From Deferribacterales bacterium (GTDB lineage Bacteria > Chrysiogenota > Deferribacteres > Deferribacterales > Geovibrionaceae), in assembly GCA_050251875.1 (NCBI GenBank), contig JBFWMA010000002.1:96001-160000 (forward strand): 64,000 bases of DNA, in the 5' to 3' direction. Shown here in pieces: positions 49,927 to 59,598 of the stretch (its first letter is position 1; every line of letters begins with the position of its first letter). The position numbers were made by a program, and so were the translations under genes. The notes under the pieces are model-generated. The model did not search any database. It saw only the letters and a program-made list of their open reading frames with translations, and was not told where the DNA came from.

Positions 49927-50423
49927 TGAGCGTTACCACCAAAGGCGGAGACAAAGGTCAGACATCTCTTTTCAGCGGGGAGCGTGTGTCCAAAGACGAC
50001 ATACGCATAGAGGCGCTGGGCACAGGAGACGAGCTGGTGAGCAATCTGGGCGAGCTGAAATTTATGGTGCCTGCGTATCGTGACATCATTGAGCGTGTGC
50101 AGAAAAATATCTTTACCATCAATTCCCACTGCGCCGACACCGGAGGCGAAAAATTCATTCCGGCAGAAGCGGAGATAGATTTTCTGGAAAATTTTGTCCA
50201 CGAGGGCGAAAAACAGCTCAGCCTGAAAGGATTCATCATTCCATCCGAAAACAGGGAAGCGGCGAAAGCCGATGTATGCCGCACAGTTGCCCGCAGATTT
50301 GAAAGAAGATTGATAAGTTTGTCCGGCTATGCTAATCTGAATCCCGCTGTTTTAAAATATGTTAACAGGCTTTCCGATTTTTTATATATTATGGCGAGGC
50401 TTGTGGGTAAGGAGAATCAATAA
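49926..50423 (+). CDS. pduO: PduO-type cob(I)alamin adenosyltransferase
   Basis: TTKGGDKGQTSL, GTGDEL, CRTVARRFER, YVNRLSDFLY. Confidence 0.9.
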   Translation: MSVTTKGGDKGQTSLFSGERVSKDDIRIEALGTGDELVSNLGELKFMVPAYRDIIERVQKNIFTINSHCADTGGEKFIPAEAEIDFLENFVHEGEKQLSLKGFIIPSENREAAKADVCRTVARRFERRLISLSGYANLNPAVLKYVNRLSDFLYIMARLVGKENQ

Positions 50424-50875
50424 TGACACTGAAAGAACGCATCACCGAAGACATGAAAAAATACATGAAAGAGAAAAATCACATGGCTCTGGACACAGTG
50501 CGCATGCTGAAATCTGAGATAAAATACGTTGAGATAGAAGAAAAAGGGGAGCTGGATGACGCCGGCGTGCAGAAGGTGATAGCCACCGCTGTGAAAAAAC
50601 GCAAAGACGCAGCCCAGCAGTATAAAGACGCAGGACGTGACGACCTCTCTGAAAAAGAGCTGAAAGAGGCTGAGATCCTCATGGCATACATGCCCGAGCA
50701 GATGTCTGTGGAAGAGATCACCGCAGTAGTCAGAGCGGCATGCGAAGGCGTGGATAAAACCGATAAAAGAAACTTCGGCAAGGTTATGCAGGCTGTGATG
50801 TCCAAAGTATCCGGCAAAGCCGAGGGCAAGGTTATCAACCAGATAGTGAAGGACGTTTTTGATGGGAACATTTGA
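50423..50875 (+). CDS. GatB/YqeY domain protein
   Basis: LKERITEDMK, KKRKDAAQQYKDAGRDDL, YMPEQMS, FGKVM. Confidence 0.92.
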   Translation: MTLKERITEDMKKYMKEKNHMALDTVRMLKSEIKYVEIEEKGELDDAGVQKVIATAVKKRKDAAQQYKDAGRDDLSEKELKEAEILMAYMPEQMSVEEITAVVRAACEGVDKTDKRNFGKVMQAVMSKVSGKAEGKVINQIVKDVFDGNI

Positions 50876-51533
50876 CGCAATACTGCTTATCATAATAGCC
50901 GTATTCGCCTTCAGAGGATATCTGAAGGGGCTGGTTATGGAGCTTTTCGGCTTCATAGCGATTTTTGTCGCTTTTTTCGTGGCATATGAATATTCCGCTT
51001 TCTTCGGGAAGGGTTTTGGTTTTTTCGGATTCACCGACAGAACCAACAGCGTTCTGGGATACGCGGCGGCTTTCATAGTCACATACATCGCTGTTTTTCT
51101 GCTGGGAGTATTCCTCTCCAGAATGTTTAAAGAGATGAAGATGGGCGCCGCTAACAAAGGCGGCGGGGCAGTCTTCGGCGGGTTCAAGGCGGCGGCGATA
51201 TCCGGTGTGATACTCAGCATGCTTCTTTCCACACTGCCCTATGACAGTCAGTTCAGCAAAAGCATCCGTTCCGGCGCCATAGCCGGAAACGTGGCTAAGC
51301 TGGCTCCTTTCGTCTTCGACCTGATGAACAAAATTCCTCAGGTGAAGAAAGATAATCCGTTTGAGAAAACAGCCTTTGAGAAGGTTCAGGACAAGATAGA
51401 TGAAGGAACTGATAAGGTGAAGGACGCTGTGGAGTCTGTGAAAGAAACCGCAGAGAAAGCGGGAAAAGCCGGAGAAGCTGTGAAAGACTCAGCTCCTTTG
51501 AAAGACCTTCAGGACGAGTTCCAGAAAAACTGA
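50862..51533 (+). CDS. cvpA: CvpA family membrane protein with charged C-terminal tail
   Basis: FDAILL...FRGYLKGLVME, NKGGGAVFGGFK; precedes mutS2. Confidence 0.85.
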   Translation: MGTFDAILLIIIAVFAFRGYLKGLVMELFGFIAIFVAFFVAYEYSAFFGKGFGFFGFTDRTNSVLGYAAAFIVTYIAVFLLGVFLSRMFKEMKMGAANKGGGAVFGGFKAAAISGVILSMLLSTLPYDSQFSKSIRSGAIAGNVAKLAPFVFDLMNKIPQVKKDNPFEKTAFEKVQDKIDEGTDKVKDAVESVKETAEKAGKAGEAVKDSAPLKDLQDEFQKN

Positions 51534-53806
51534 TGATTCATCTGGATACCCTCGAATTCGGGCTTTTCAAAAAATACATGGTCAGAGGTTTCACCTCGTC
51601 CCTTGCCGTGGGCAGGCTGGACGCGCTGAAGCCTTACTATGCTCTGGAAAAAATCGAAAAATATAAATCCGAGCTGAGCGAGGCTCTGGACTATGCTTCT
51701 GTGGCGGATATCTCCGTCAGCTCAGACGCTGAGTTCATGGCTCTCATGCCTAAGCTGAACGATCCGCTCCTTTTTCTGGAACCGGACGAGCTGATGGTTT
51801 TCTGCTCTTTTTTCAAAAATATAAGCAAAATTAAGAAAAATCTGATAGATTTCGGCGCAAAAAACCTGAAAAACTATCTTTCCGACATATCCACCCTGTC
51901 TGAGATAACCGACCGCATAGATGAGACGATCAACGACAAGGGAGAGGTGAAGGACACCGCCTCTCACAAGCTGAGAGACGTCAGGGAAGAGCTGAAAAAC
52001 GTCAGAAAACAGATACAGCGTGAGCTGGCGAATGTTTTCGGCATGAGCTCCGCCTCAAAATTCATTCAGGAACAGGTGATAACAGAGCGCAGCGGGCGTT
52101 TCACCATTCCATGTAAAACCAACTTCAAACAGTACATGCAGGGTATCGTCCACGACAGATCGGCGAGCGGTCAGACTTTTTTCGTGGAACCGTCTTCTAC
52201 CGTGGGCATGAACAACACGCTTCAGGAGTTTCTGGCCCTGGAGCGGGAAGAGACCGTCAGGATACTTAAGGAGATAGCCGACAGCATCTTTCAGAGCTAT
52301 GAGAGGATGCAGACGAGCGTCAGCGCATATACCGAGGTGGTGTTCCATCTGGAGACGGCGCAGTTCTTTAAGGGGCGTGATTTCGTGTTTCCGGAGTTTT
52401 CAGACAAAATAATATTCAGAGACGTTCATCATCCCATAATATTTCTGGAGAAGGGATCTGAGTCCGTGCCTCTGGATTTCTCCCTGTCTGACAGCGAATA
52501 CACTGCCGTGGTGACGGGACCCAACACAGGCGGTAAGACCGCCGCCCTGAAATCCATAGGGCTTAACCATGTGCTGGGCAAATGCGGGCTTCCGGTGTTT
52601 GGCAAATACGCCGAGATAATCAATTTCAGCAACATACTGGCAGATATAGGCGACAACCAGTCGCTGGTGATGGATCTGTCTACCTTTTCGGCGCATATGG
52701 TGAACATCAGGGATATTTTAAAAGCGGCGGACAAAGAGAGTCTCGTCCTGCTGGATGAGGCGGGCACAGGAACAGAGCCCAGAGAGGGAGCGGCGCTTGC
52801 CGTTGCCGTGTGCCGCAGGCTGGCGAAAAAATTAGGAAAGACCGTGGTGACGACACACTTCAGCGAGCTGAAATCATACGCTCTGACAGAAGACCACGCC
52901 GTTATATACGCAGTTGATTTCGACTATACGGACTTCAGCCCCAGATACCGCCTTTTGAAGGGCGTGTCGGGAAAATCCGACCCTCTGGTGATAGCGAAAC
53001 GGCTTAAATTCCCGCAGGATGTCATAGATGACGCCGTGGGAATGATAGAAAAACGCAAGAGCGATTCTGAGATCAGTGTCGAGGAGATCAGCAGGCTGAA
53101 CGCTGAGCTGATAGGCAAGACGAAAGATTATGAAGAGCTGAAGGCAAAGCTGGACTATCAGGAAGAATATCTGTCGCTGAGGGAGCAGGAGCTGGGGGAT
53201 AAACTGGCTAAGAAGGAGTCAGAGCTTCTGGAGGAGGCTATCCGCCTGTACAACAGAGCGAAAAGGCTGGCGGAAAAACCGCAGAAGATAAAAGATTCTG
53301 TGGATAATGAGATAAAAGAAGCTGAAGAGAAGCTGAAAAAGGTTAAAAAAGCCATAAAACCCGTGGACGAAGTGTCTGTGGGCGATGTGATACATCTGGA
53401 GAAATACGATAAATCGGGCAAGGTGCTCGCCATTGACGGCGACACTGCCAGAATGGACATAGGCGGGCTGAAAATATCCATCAAGCTCAAAGAGATAGTG
53501 GGTAAGAAAGTCAAAGAGAAGGACAAGATAAAAGAAGTTATCGTGTCCAAAGCCGTGTCCAATCAGTCGAAATATGAGGTAAACCTCATAGGGAAACGTG
53601 TGGAAGAAGCGCTGGATGAGCTGGACAAGGTGCTGGACGAAACGGTCCTGGCGGGCAGGTCTAAGCTGTATATCATCCACGGCAGAGGAACAGGACAGCT
53701 CAGGAACGGCATACAGAATTTCCTGCGCACAGACCCCAGAGTAAAGGCTTATAAGACAGCGCCGAACGAAGAGGGCGGACAGGCTGTCACCATTGCCGAA
53801 TTTTGA
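51533..53806 (+). CDS. mutS2: Endonuclease MutS2
   Basis: VHDRSASGQTFFVEP, TGPNTGGKT, DIGDNQS, LLDEAGTGTEP, TTHF, C-terminal Smr IIHGRGTG. Confidence 0.95.
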   Translation: MIHLDTLEFGLFKKYMVRGFTSSLAVGRLDALKPYYALEKIEKYKSELSEALDYASVADISVSSDAEFMALMPKLNDPLLFLEPDELMVFCSFFKNISKIKKNLIDFGAKNLKNYLSDISTLSEITDRIDETINDKGEVKDTASHKLRDVREELKNVRKQIQRELANVFGMSSASKFIQEQVITERSGRFTIPCKTNFKQYMQGIVHDRSASGQTFFVEPSSTVGMNNTLQEFLALEREETVRILKEIADSIFQSYERMQTSVSAYTEVVFHLETAQFFKGRDFVFPEFSDKIIFRDVHHPIIFLEKGSESVPLDFSLSDSEYTAVVTGPNTGGKTAALKSIGLNHVLGKCGLPVFGKYAEIINFSNILADIGDNQSLVMDLSTFSAHMVNIRDILKAADKESLVLLDEAGTGTEPREGAALAVAVCRRLAKKLGKTVVTTHFSELKSYALTEDHAVIYAVDFDYTDFSPRYRLLKGVSGKSDPLVIAKRLKFPQDVIDDAVGMIEKRKSDSEISVEEISRLNAELIGKTKDYEELKAKLDYQEEYLSLREQELGDKLAKKESELLEEAIRLYNRAKRLAEKPQKIKDSVDNEIKEAEEKLKKVKKAIKPVDEVSVGDVIHLEKYDKSGKVLAIDGDTARMDIGGLKISIKLKEIVGKKVKEKDKIKEVIVSKAVSNQSKYEVNLIGKRVEEALDELDKVLDETVLAGRSKLYIIHGRGTGQLRNGIQNFLRTDPRVKAYKTAPNEEGGQAVTIAEF

Positions 53807-53864
53807 TTGACAATATCTTCTAATTAAGTCATGCTTAACAACGTTTAGTTGAGGGAGGAGACGC

Positions 53865-54461
53865 TTGGAAGATATAGAAATCAAGATAGGTGAAAGAGTC
53901 CGTAAGATCAGAAACGAAAGAGGGCTGACCCTTCAGGACGTTGCTAATTTTACCGGCTTTTCAAAAGCTCTCATCTCTCAGATAGAAAACAATATTGTTA
54001 TGCCGCCTATAAATACCCTGGCTAAGATAGCTAAGGTTCTTAATGTCAAAATGACCTATTTTTTCGAAGAGGAGATCAACCAGAACGATTTCTTTGTCGT
54101 GCGCAACGATGACAAAAAATACATCTACAGAGAAGGCGTTAAGTACGGCTATATGTATGAGGAACTGGCGAAGGTCAAATCATTTGATTATCTGGACTGG
54201 CTGCTGGTTACCATCAAGCCGGACAGACCCAATGACAAGCTGTTCAGCCACGAGGGCTATGAGTATATGTACATAGTGAAAGGCGGGCTGAAAATGAGTC
54301 TGGGCAACGAAGTTCTGGAGCTGAAGGCGGGTGATTCCATCGCTTTCAACGCGAAAATACCCCATGCCGCTGTCACTCTGGACGACACCACGGCGCAGGT
54401 ACTCAGCGCTCACCTGAAATTAGAGACCCTGACAGAATATATCAAGAACGAGAAGGATTAA
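53865..54461 (+). CDS. XRE-family HTH regulator with cupin domain
   Basis: TTG start with GGAGGAG; LTLQDVA...SKALISQIEN HTH; HEGYE and GDSIAFNAKIPH cupin motifs. Confidence 0.92.
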   Translation: MEDIEIKIGERVRKIRNERGLTLQDVANFTGFSKALISQIENNIVMPPINTLAKIAKVLNVKMTYFFEEEINQNDFFVVRNDDKKYIYREGVKYGYMYEELAKVKSFDYLDWLLVTIKPDRPNDKLFSHEGYEYMYIVKGGLKMSLGNEVLELKAGDSIAFNAKIPHAAVTLDDTTAQVLSAHLKLETLTEYIKNEKD

Positions 54462-55531
54462 TCCCTCTCTCTGTAGAATATAGCCAGCTCGTCCAGTCTG
54501 GACAGGCATCTGAGCAGTTTTTTCTGAAAGCTGGACTCAATAAGCTCCGGCGGAAAAATATCCGAAAGCTGACAGCTGCTTCTGATGAACAGCTTAGTGT
54601 TGTAATAGTAGCAGTGATCTACCAGCTGATTGAACCTGAGAGCGTTGTTCAGCGTGGGAAAAGGCTGTAATCCGTCTATAAAAATCGCCTCGATCGCTTC
54701 CGGTATGACGAAATAGCGAAACGGGTGGGTAGATTCCAGTATTTTTATCAGGTTATCGAAAGATATTTTTGATTTCGGCTTGGTTTCCGGCGTATACATG
54801 GCGAAAGTATCCAGAAAGCTGTCTTCCGACACTGTTTTCATCCACTGCTTGTTCCTTTTGCGGTAATCCTCGCCCTCGACTATCACGGTTTCGAAGGTGG
54901 AGGCGATTTCGCCAAGCTGTTTGGTGAAATTGTCCGTCTGGAATCTCAGCTTGCCCAGCTCTGTGGGCAGGGTGTTCGATGTGGTGATTATCAGCGTGTT
55001 TTCGTTGATCTCACGGAAGAATTTTGCCATGATATGCGTCATGGCGGGATCGTCCAGCTCGAATTCGTCTATCAGCAGGAGGCTTAGGGCGGAGAAGTGC
55101 TCTATACACTTTTCTACACCGAGATAGTGGAAGAAATAGTTCATCTCGCCGAAGCTCATGAACGCCTTATTCCCCTTCTGGCAGATGTTGTAGCATGAGC
55201 TCAAAAGGTGGGTCTTGCCTATGCCGTAGCTTCCGTCTATGTATATGTTTCTGGGTTTTCCGCTGTCCTGTTTGGGCGCTGATTTTTTCATAAAGGAGAA
55301 GAGCGATTTTGACTGTTTCGCAGGCGCCGTGTGAAACATCTTCATCTTCATGAGTGTGTCTTGCAGGAGCTGTTTGATCTGTGCCTGTGACTGATAGCGT
55401 TCATCGGGGATATAGTTGTCGAAAGTACAGCCGGAGAATTTCGGATGAGGTCTCAGGTTTTCAAAACACTGCTCAACAGAAATATCGAAGCTGAGTACGT
55501 TTAAGTCTATGTACTTTTCGGCGGTATTCAT
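54458..55531 (-). CDS. zapE: AFG1/ZapE family ATPase
   Basis: IYIDGSYGIGKTHLL Walker A, LLLIDEFELDDP Walker B, TSNTLP, GEDYR. Confidence 0.85.
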   Translation of the reverse strand: MNTAEKYIDLNVLSFDISVEQCFENLRPHPKFSGCTFDNYIPDERYQSQAQIKQLLQDTLMKMKMFHTAPAKQSKSLFSFMKKSAPKQDSGKPRNIYIDGSYGIGKTHLLSSCYNICQKGNKAFMSFGEMNYFFHYLGVEKCIEHFSALSLLLIDEFELDDPAMTHIMAKFFREINENTLIITTSNTLPTELGKLRFQTDNFTKQLGEIASTFETVIVEGEDYRKRNKQWMKTVSEDSFLDTFAMYTPETKPKSKISFDNLIKILESTHPFRYFVIPEAIEAIFIDGLQPFPTLNNALRFNQLVDHCYYYNTKLFIRSSCQLSDIFPPELIESSFQKKLLRCLSRLDELAIFYRERD

Positions 55532-55598
55532 GTATAATATCTCCCGATCGCTGAAATAAGCAAAATGAATATATAAATCATAATTAAGAGAAAATCAA

Positions 55599-56372
55599 AT
55601 GCTTTCAAAGATAGAAAAAGCCGTTCTGAAGGCGGGTGAACACCTGCTGAAAGGATTTAACAGCTCAAAACAAATCAGCTTCAAAGGCAAGATAGACATC
55701 GTCACCCAATATGATGTGGAGGTGGAGAAGATTCTGCTTCAGGAGCTGTCTTTTCTGGATTCATCATACGGTTTTGTGGCGGAAGAGACCTGCAAGGAGA
55801 AGACCGACAAGAAAAACGCCGTATACATCGACCCCATAGACGGCACAACGAACTTCGTCCACGGGTTTCCTTTCTGCTGTATCTCAGTCGGCGTATATGA
55901 AGAGGGCGTAGGCAGGTACGGCATAGTGTATAATCCGGTGATGAACGAAATGTTCAAGGCGGAATACGGACAGGGGGCTTACTGCAACGGCGAGCGCATA
56001 CACTCCACACATAAAACCGATCTGAAAGACTGTCTCATCGCCACCGGATTTCCATACAGCATCGTTTATGACAAAGACCACAGGCTTTTCAGCATACTCG
56101 AATATATCCTGAAAAACACCAGAGGCATCAGGCGTGCCGGTTCTGCGGCTCTGGATTTATGCTACACAGCGAAGGGTGTTTTTGACGGGTATTATGAGTT
56201 CAACCTCAGCCCCTGGGACATAGCGGGCGGAGCCGTCATCGCTTCCGAGGCGGGGTGCAGTGTCTGCGGGCTGAAATCTCACGACTCATATGATCTGTAT
56301 GAGCAGTTCATTATGGCGGTTTCACCGGAATTATCACGCTTTCTTTATGATAAATTCAACGGGACCAAATAA
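55599..56372 (+). CDS. suhB: Inositol monophosphatase family protein
   Basis: IDPIDGTTNFVHG, RRAGSAALDLC, WDIAGG. Confidence 0.9.
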   Translation: MLSKIEKAVLKAGEHLLKGFNSSKQISFKGKIDIVTQYDVEVEKILLQELSFLDSSYGFVAEETCKEKTDKKNAVYIDPIDGTTNFVHGFPFCCISVGVYEEGVGRYGIVYNPVMNEMFKAEYGQGAYCNGERIHSTHKTDLKDCLIATGFPYSIVYDKDHRLFSILEYILKNTRGIRRAGSAALDLCYTAKGVFDGYYEFNLSPWDIAGGAVIASEAGCSVCGLKSHDSYDLYEQFIMAVSPELSRFLYDKFNGTK

Positions 56373-56683
56373 TTATTTTAAAATCAGATTATTCTTATAG
56401 TATTCAACTACTTAGCATTAAGCGAATTGTGAACACGGGGTCTTAAAAATATCTTTCATAATAATTTTTTAATTTATTAGTATATTATGATGATTTTAAA
56501 TAAATAAAACAATGCTAAAGTGTGTCAGATGATTTCACATATTGTGTCTATTAAGGACTTTTCTCAGCCTTAATTATAGACAAAAAAGTGAGATATTTCA
56601 GTAAAATACATAATTCTCAGTATTTACATGATATAATATTAGAAGTAAAGTTTCACAGTGTTTAAATGACAGGTGCAACGTCT

Positions 56684-57262
56684 ATGCGAAATGTCTTAGT
56701 CTTTAGTAAAAGCACTCTTAACAGAGAGTCTTTGACTAGTTTTATCAATGAGTTTGACAATATCGGGACAACAATTGCAACTGGCGATTTTTCAGAATTC
56801 TGTAGTGAGTATGACAAGAGCTGCCCGGATTTTGTAGTGGCTGACCTTTATTCAAGAAATAACGGTCTGGATGTTATCGGAAATATGTTGGAATTTATCC
56901 CCAGGGATAAGATCATTATTCTGACTACCGCTGATAACAGACACCTTAGCTACTATGAGAGTTATTGCGGAATTACTAATTTTGTATTTGCGGACGACAG
57001 TTTAGAGGAGATCAGGAGAGCTTTTCTATCGGCATTCGCCGGAAGATGTTACTGCGATCTGAAAAACTCCTCGGCGCTCACTGCCAGAGAGTGCGAGATT
57101 CTGAAACTTATCGCCTCGGGCAAGACCAGCAAAGAGATTGCGGACGAGCTTTGTATCAGCAAGAATACTGTAGATACCCACCGCAATAAAATGCTTCAGA
57201 AGCTGGATATCACAAACTCAGCTTCTTTGGTTCAGTTTGCTTACCGAACAGGGTTGCTATAA
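56684..57262 (+). CDS. NarL/FixJ-type regulator with degenerate receiver domain and LuxR HTH
   Basis: C-terminal LTARECEILKLIASGKTSKEIADELCISKNTVDTHR; N-domain has PDFVVAD. Alternative start 56666. Confidence 0.85.
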   Translation: MRNVLVFSKSTLNRESLTSFINEFDNIGTTIATGDFSEFCSEYDKSCPDFVVADLYSRNNGLDVIGNMLEFIPRDKIIILTTADNRHLSYYESYCGITNFVFADDSLEEIRRAFLSAFAGRCYCDLKNSSALTARECEILKLIASGKTSKEIADELCISKNTVDTHRNKMLQKLDITNSASLVQFAYRTGLL

Positions 57263-57293
57263 AAAAATGGCGGTCATAGACCGCCTGTTTTTT
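57260..57293. terminator. Bidirectional terminator
   Basis: A tract, GGCGGTC-ATA-GACCGCC, T tract between convergent genes. Confidence 0.75.
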
Positions 57294-57295
57294 AT

Positions 57296-57910
57296 CTATT
57301 TCAGCTTGGCTGATACCCGAGCCACATGTTCTCCCTGAAATCTCGCTATTTCGAGCTCATTTTCCGATGGAGTCCTGCTGCCGTCTGATCCGGCCAGTGT
57401 TGTGGCACCATAGGGTGTGCCTCCGGTTATTTCATTCATATTCACCAGATTTCCGCAACTGTAAGGAACGCCCACCACAATCATGCCGTGGTGAAACAGT
57501 GTGGTGTGAAAGCTGGTGATGGTGGTTTCCTGTCCGCCGTGTTGTGTTCCTGTGGAAGCGAACACACTGCCCACCTTGCCTATCAGAGCTCCCTTAGCCC
57601 ACAGACCGCCTGTCCTGTCCAGAAATCCTCTCATCTGCGCGCTCATGTTGCCGAACCGGGTCGGTGTGCCGAAGATCAGGGCGTCTGCCTCTGCCAGCTG
57701 TTCCGGCGAAATGACGGGAACATCGGCGAAAGCCTTCTGCGCCTCAAACGCTCCATATGCCTTCAGGGTGGCTTCGTCCACAGTCTCGGGGACTCTGAAC
57801 AGTTTCACTTCCGTGTCAGGCACACGGGACGCGCCTTCTGCCACTGCTTTTGCCATTTCATAAACGTGTCCGTAGAAACTGTGGAAGACGATATATACTT
57901 TATTTTTCAT
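57296..57910 (-). CDS. wrbA: NAD(P)H:quinone oxidoreductase WrbA
   Basis: [35 protein letters not shown]. Confidence 0.96.
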   Translation of the reverse strand: MKNKVYIVFHSFYGHVYEMAKAVAEGASRVPDTEVKLFRVPETVDEATLKAYGAFEAQKAFADVPVISPEQLAEADALIFGTPTRFGNMSAQMRGFLDRTGGLWAKGALIGKVGSVFASTGTQHGGQETTITSFHTTLFHHGMIVVGVPYSCGNLVNMNEITGGTPYGATTLAGSDGSRTPSENELEIARFQGEHVARVSAKLK

Positions 57911-57997
57911 GATTAACCTCTCTGTTTTTTCTTATAAGACTAAAATTGTCTCCTTAAGATAAAAGTCAATAGTAAATAGCTTAATGTCTTTTTATTT

Positions 57998-58951
57998 TCA
58001 GAGCCAGGTGCGGTGAATCAGAAAGTATGACAGAGGATAATATGCTGACAGTATGAAATAAAGCGAGTTGAACACGAAACTTGTTTTTTCGGACACGGAC
58101 GCTGATTTTTTGTCGATCAGCCCTGTGATGAATGCGGAAACACCGGAAAAAGTCCCCAGAAACAGAAGAGCGTAGAAAAGATATCCCACATAATAATATC
58201 CGCTCTGCAAGAGACAGAAAGGACAGAGATGTGTGGGGAGCTCATAAACGTATGTTCCGGTGAAGAGTATCAGTGAAACGATGGATGTGAAAAAATATAT
58301 GACGTTAGCAGTGAAATAGAGAATGTGTTTTCTGAGAAGGTAAAACACAGCCAGCAGAGCGTAGTTGACGGAAAAAATGATGAACGAGTTCCGCCCGCCT
58401 ATGGATAGAAATACTGATGATTCTGATGTGAAAAGGGTGCTGCAACAGCTCACAGGGACGGCAGGGTCTATGCCTGCGAAATTAAGAACAAAAAGCGCCG
58501 TTTCCGCCAGGAAACAGACAAACACGAACGGAATCAGAATATGTTTCAGACGGGTATATTTCAGATTTTCAGTCCTCATATCCAGACGGTTGATAACCAG
58601 CCAGACAGAGAAGAAATAGATATTAAATATTTTCATATACAGGAGAAGTTTGCCGTAAGGAGTGGCGTTCACCGAGCCGGCGGCGCACATGGCTCCGGGC
58701 AGAACGTTTGCCAGCTTATCCTCCGCATAGATAAACAGGATGAACAGAGGAATTTTCAACGCCAGAGAATATTTTATGAGGACACTCACCAGAGCGCTCC
58801 TCTTTTCCAGCCTGTACTGGCTGTCGGAGGTGCTGCCGAAATCCCAGTGTCTGATGATGCCGGATGATATGAACAGCGATAAGCTAAGAAATATCAGCAG
58901 GATCGTATCGCAGAGAAATAGTATGAAGACTTCGGGTATCAGGAAGCTCAT
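57998..58951 (-). CDS. Multi-pass membrane protein with Cys motifs
   Basis: Many TM segments; GAMCAAG, VSCCS, YELPTHLCPFC; overlaps the ABC ATPase stop. Confidence 0.8.
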   Translation of the reverse strand: MSFLIPEVFILFLCDTILLIFLSLSLFISSGIIRHWDFGSTSDSQYRLEKRSALVSVLIKYSLALKIPLFILFIYAEDKLANVLPGAMCAAGSVNATPYGKLLLYMKIFNIYFFSVWLVINRLDMRTENLKYTRLKHILIPFVFVCFLAETALFVLNFAGIDPAVPVSCCSTLFTSESSVFLSIGGRNSFIIFSVNYALLAVFYLLRKHILYFTANVIYFFTSIVSLILFTGTYVYELPTHLCPFCLLQSGYYYVGYLFYALLFLGTFSGVSAFITGLIDKKSASVSEKTSFVFNSLYFILSAYYPLSYFLIHRTWL

Positions 58952-59598
58952 CTACCGTGTCCGATGTTGATTACTCTGGCGTGGGGCAGGGCGTCTGTCA
59001 GGGCGCTGTCGTGGGTGGCTATCACCAGAGTGCGTCCCTCGCCGGACATCTGTCTGAACGTTTCCGTCAGGCTGTCGGTCAGCTTTCTGTCCAGATTTGC
59101 CGTGGGTTCGTCCGCCAGAATGATTTTGGGATTGTTTATCAGAGCCCTGGCGATCGCCGTTCTCTGCTGTTCTCCGCCGGACAGCTTTGTGACGTTCAGA
59201 TTCGCCTTTTCAGCCATATTCAGCGTGGAGAGTATGCTCATGGCTTTCGCCGTGATATCTTTCATAGAGAGTCCTGTGGGGAGCAGAGGCACGCATATAT
59301 TCTCCACAGCGGTTAAATGCGGCAGGAGATGGTAGCTCTGAAAGATTATGCCTATGTTCTCTCTGCGGTAGACGGCGGCGAAATCTTCCTGCAGTTTGGC
59401 TATCTTTCTGCCGTCCACGGTTATGTCGCCGGATGTGGGTCTGATGAGAGCCGCCATCAGCGAGAGCAGGGTGCTCTTTCCGCTGCCGCTCTCTCCGCTC
59501 AGGATTATGGTTTCGCCCTCTTTTATCTCCAGCGAGAAGTTAGATATGGGAGAAACCCCTCCGCCGTATGTTTTGGTTACAGCGTCCATCACTATCAT
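58948..59598 (-). CDS. LolD/MacB-type ABC transporter ATPase
   Basis: GESGSGKST, LSGGEQQR, LADEPTANLD, ATHD; start at MIVMD with ATGA overlap. Confidence 0.93.
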   Translation of the reverse strand: MIVMDAVTKTYGGGVSPISNFSLEIKEGETIILSGESGSGKSTLLSLMAALIRPTSGDITVDGRKIAKLQEDFAAVYRRENIGIIFQSYHLLPHLTAVENICVPLLPTGLSMKDITAKAMSILSTLNMAEKANLNVTKLSGGEQQRTAIARALINNPKIILADEPTANLDRKLTDSLTETFRQMSGEGRTLVIATHDSALTDALPHARVINIGHGR

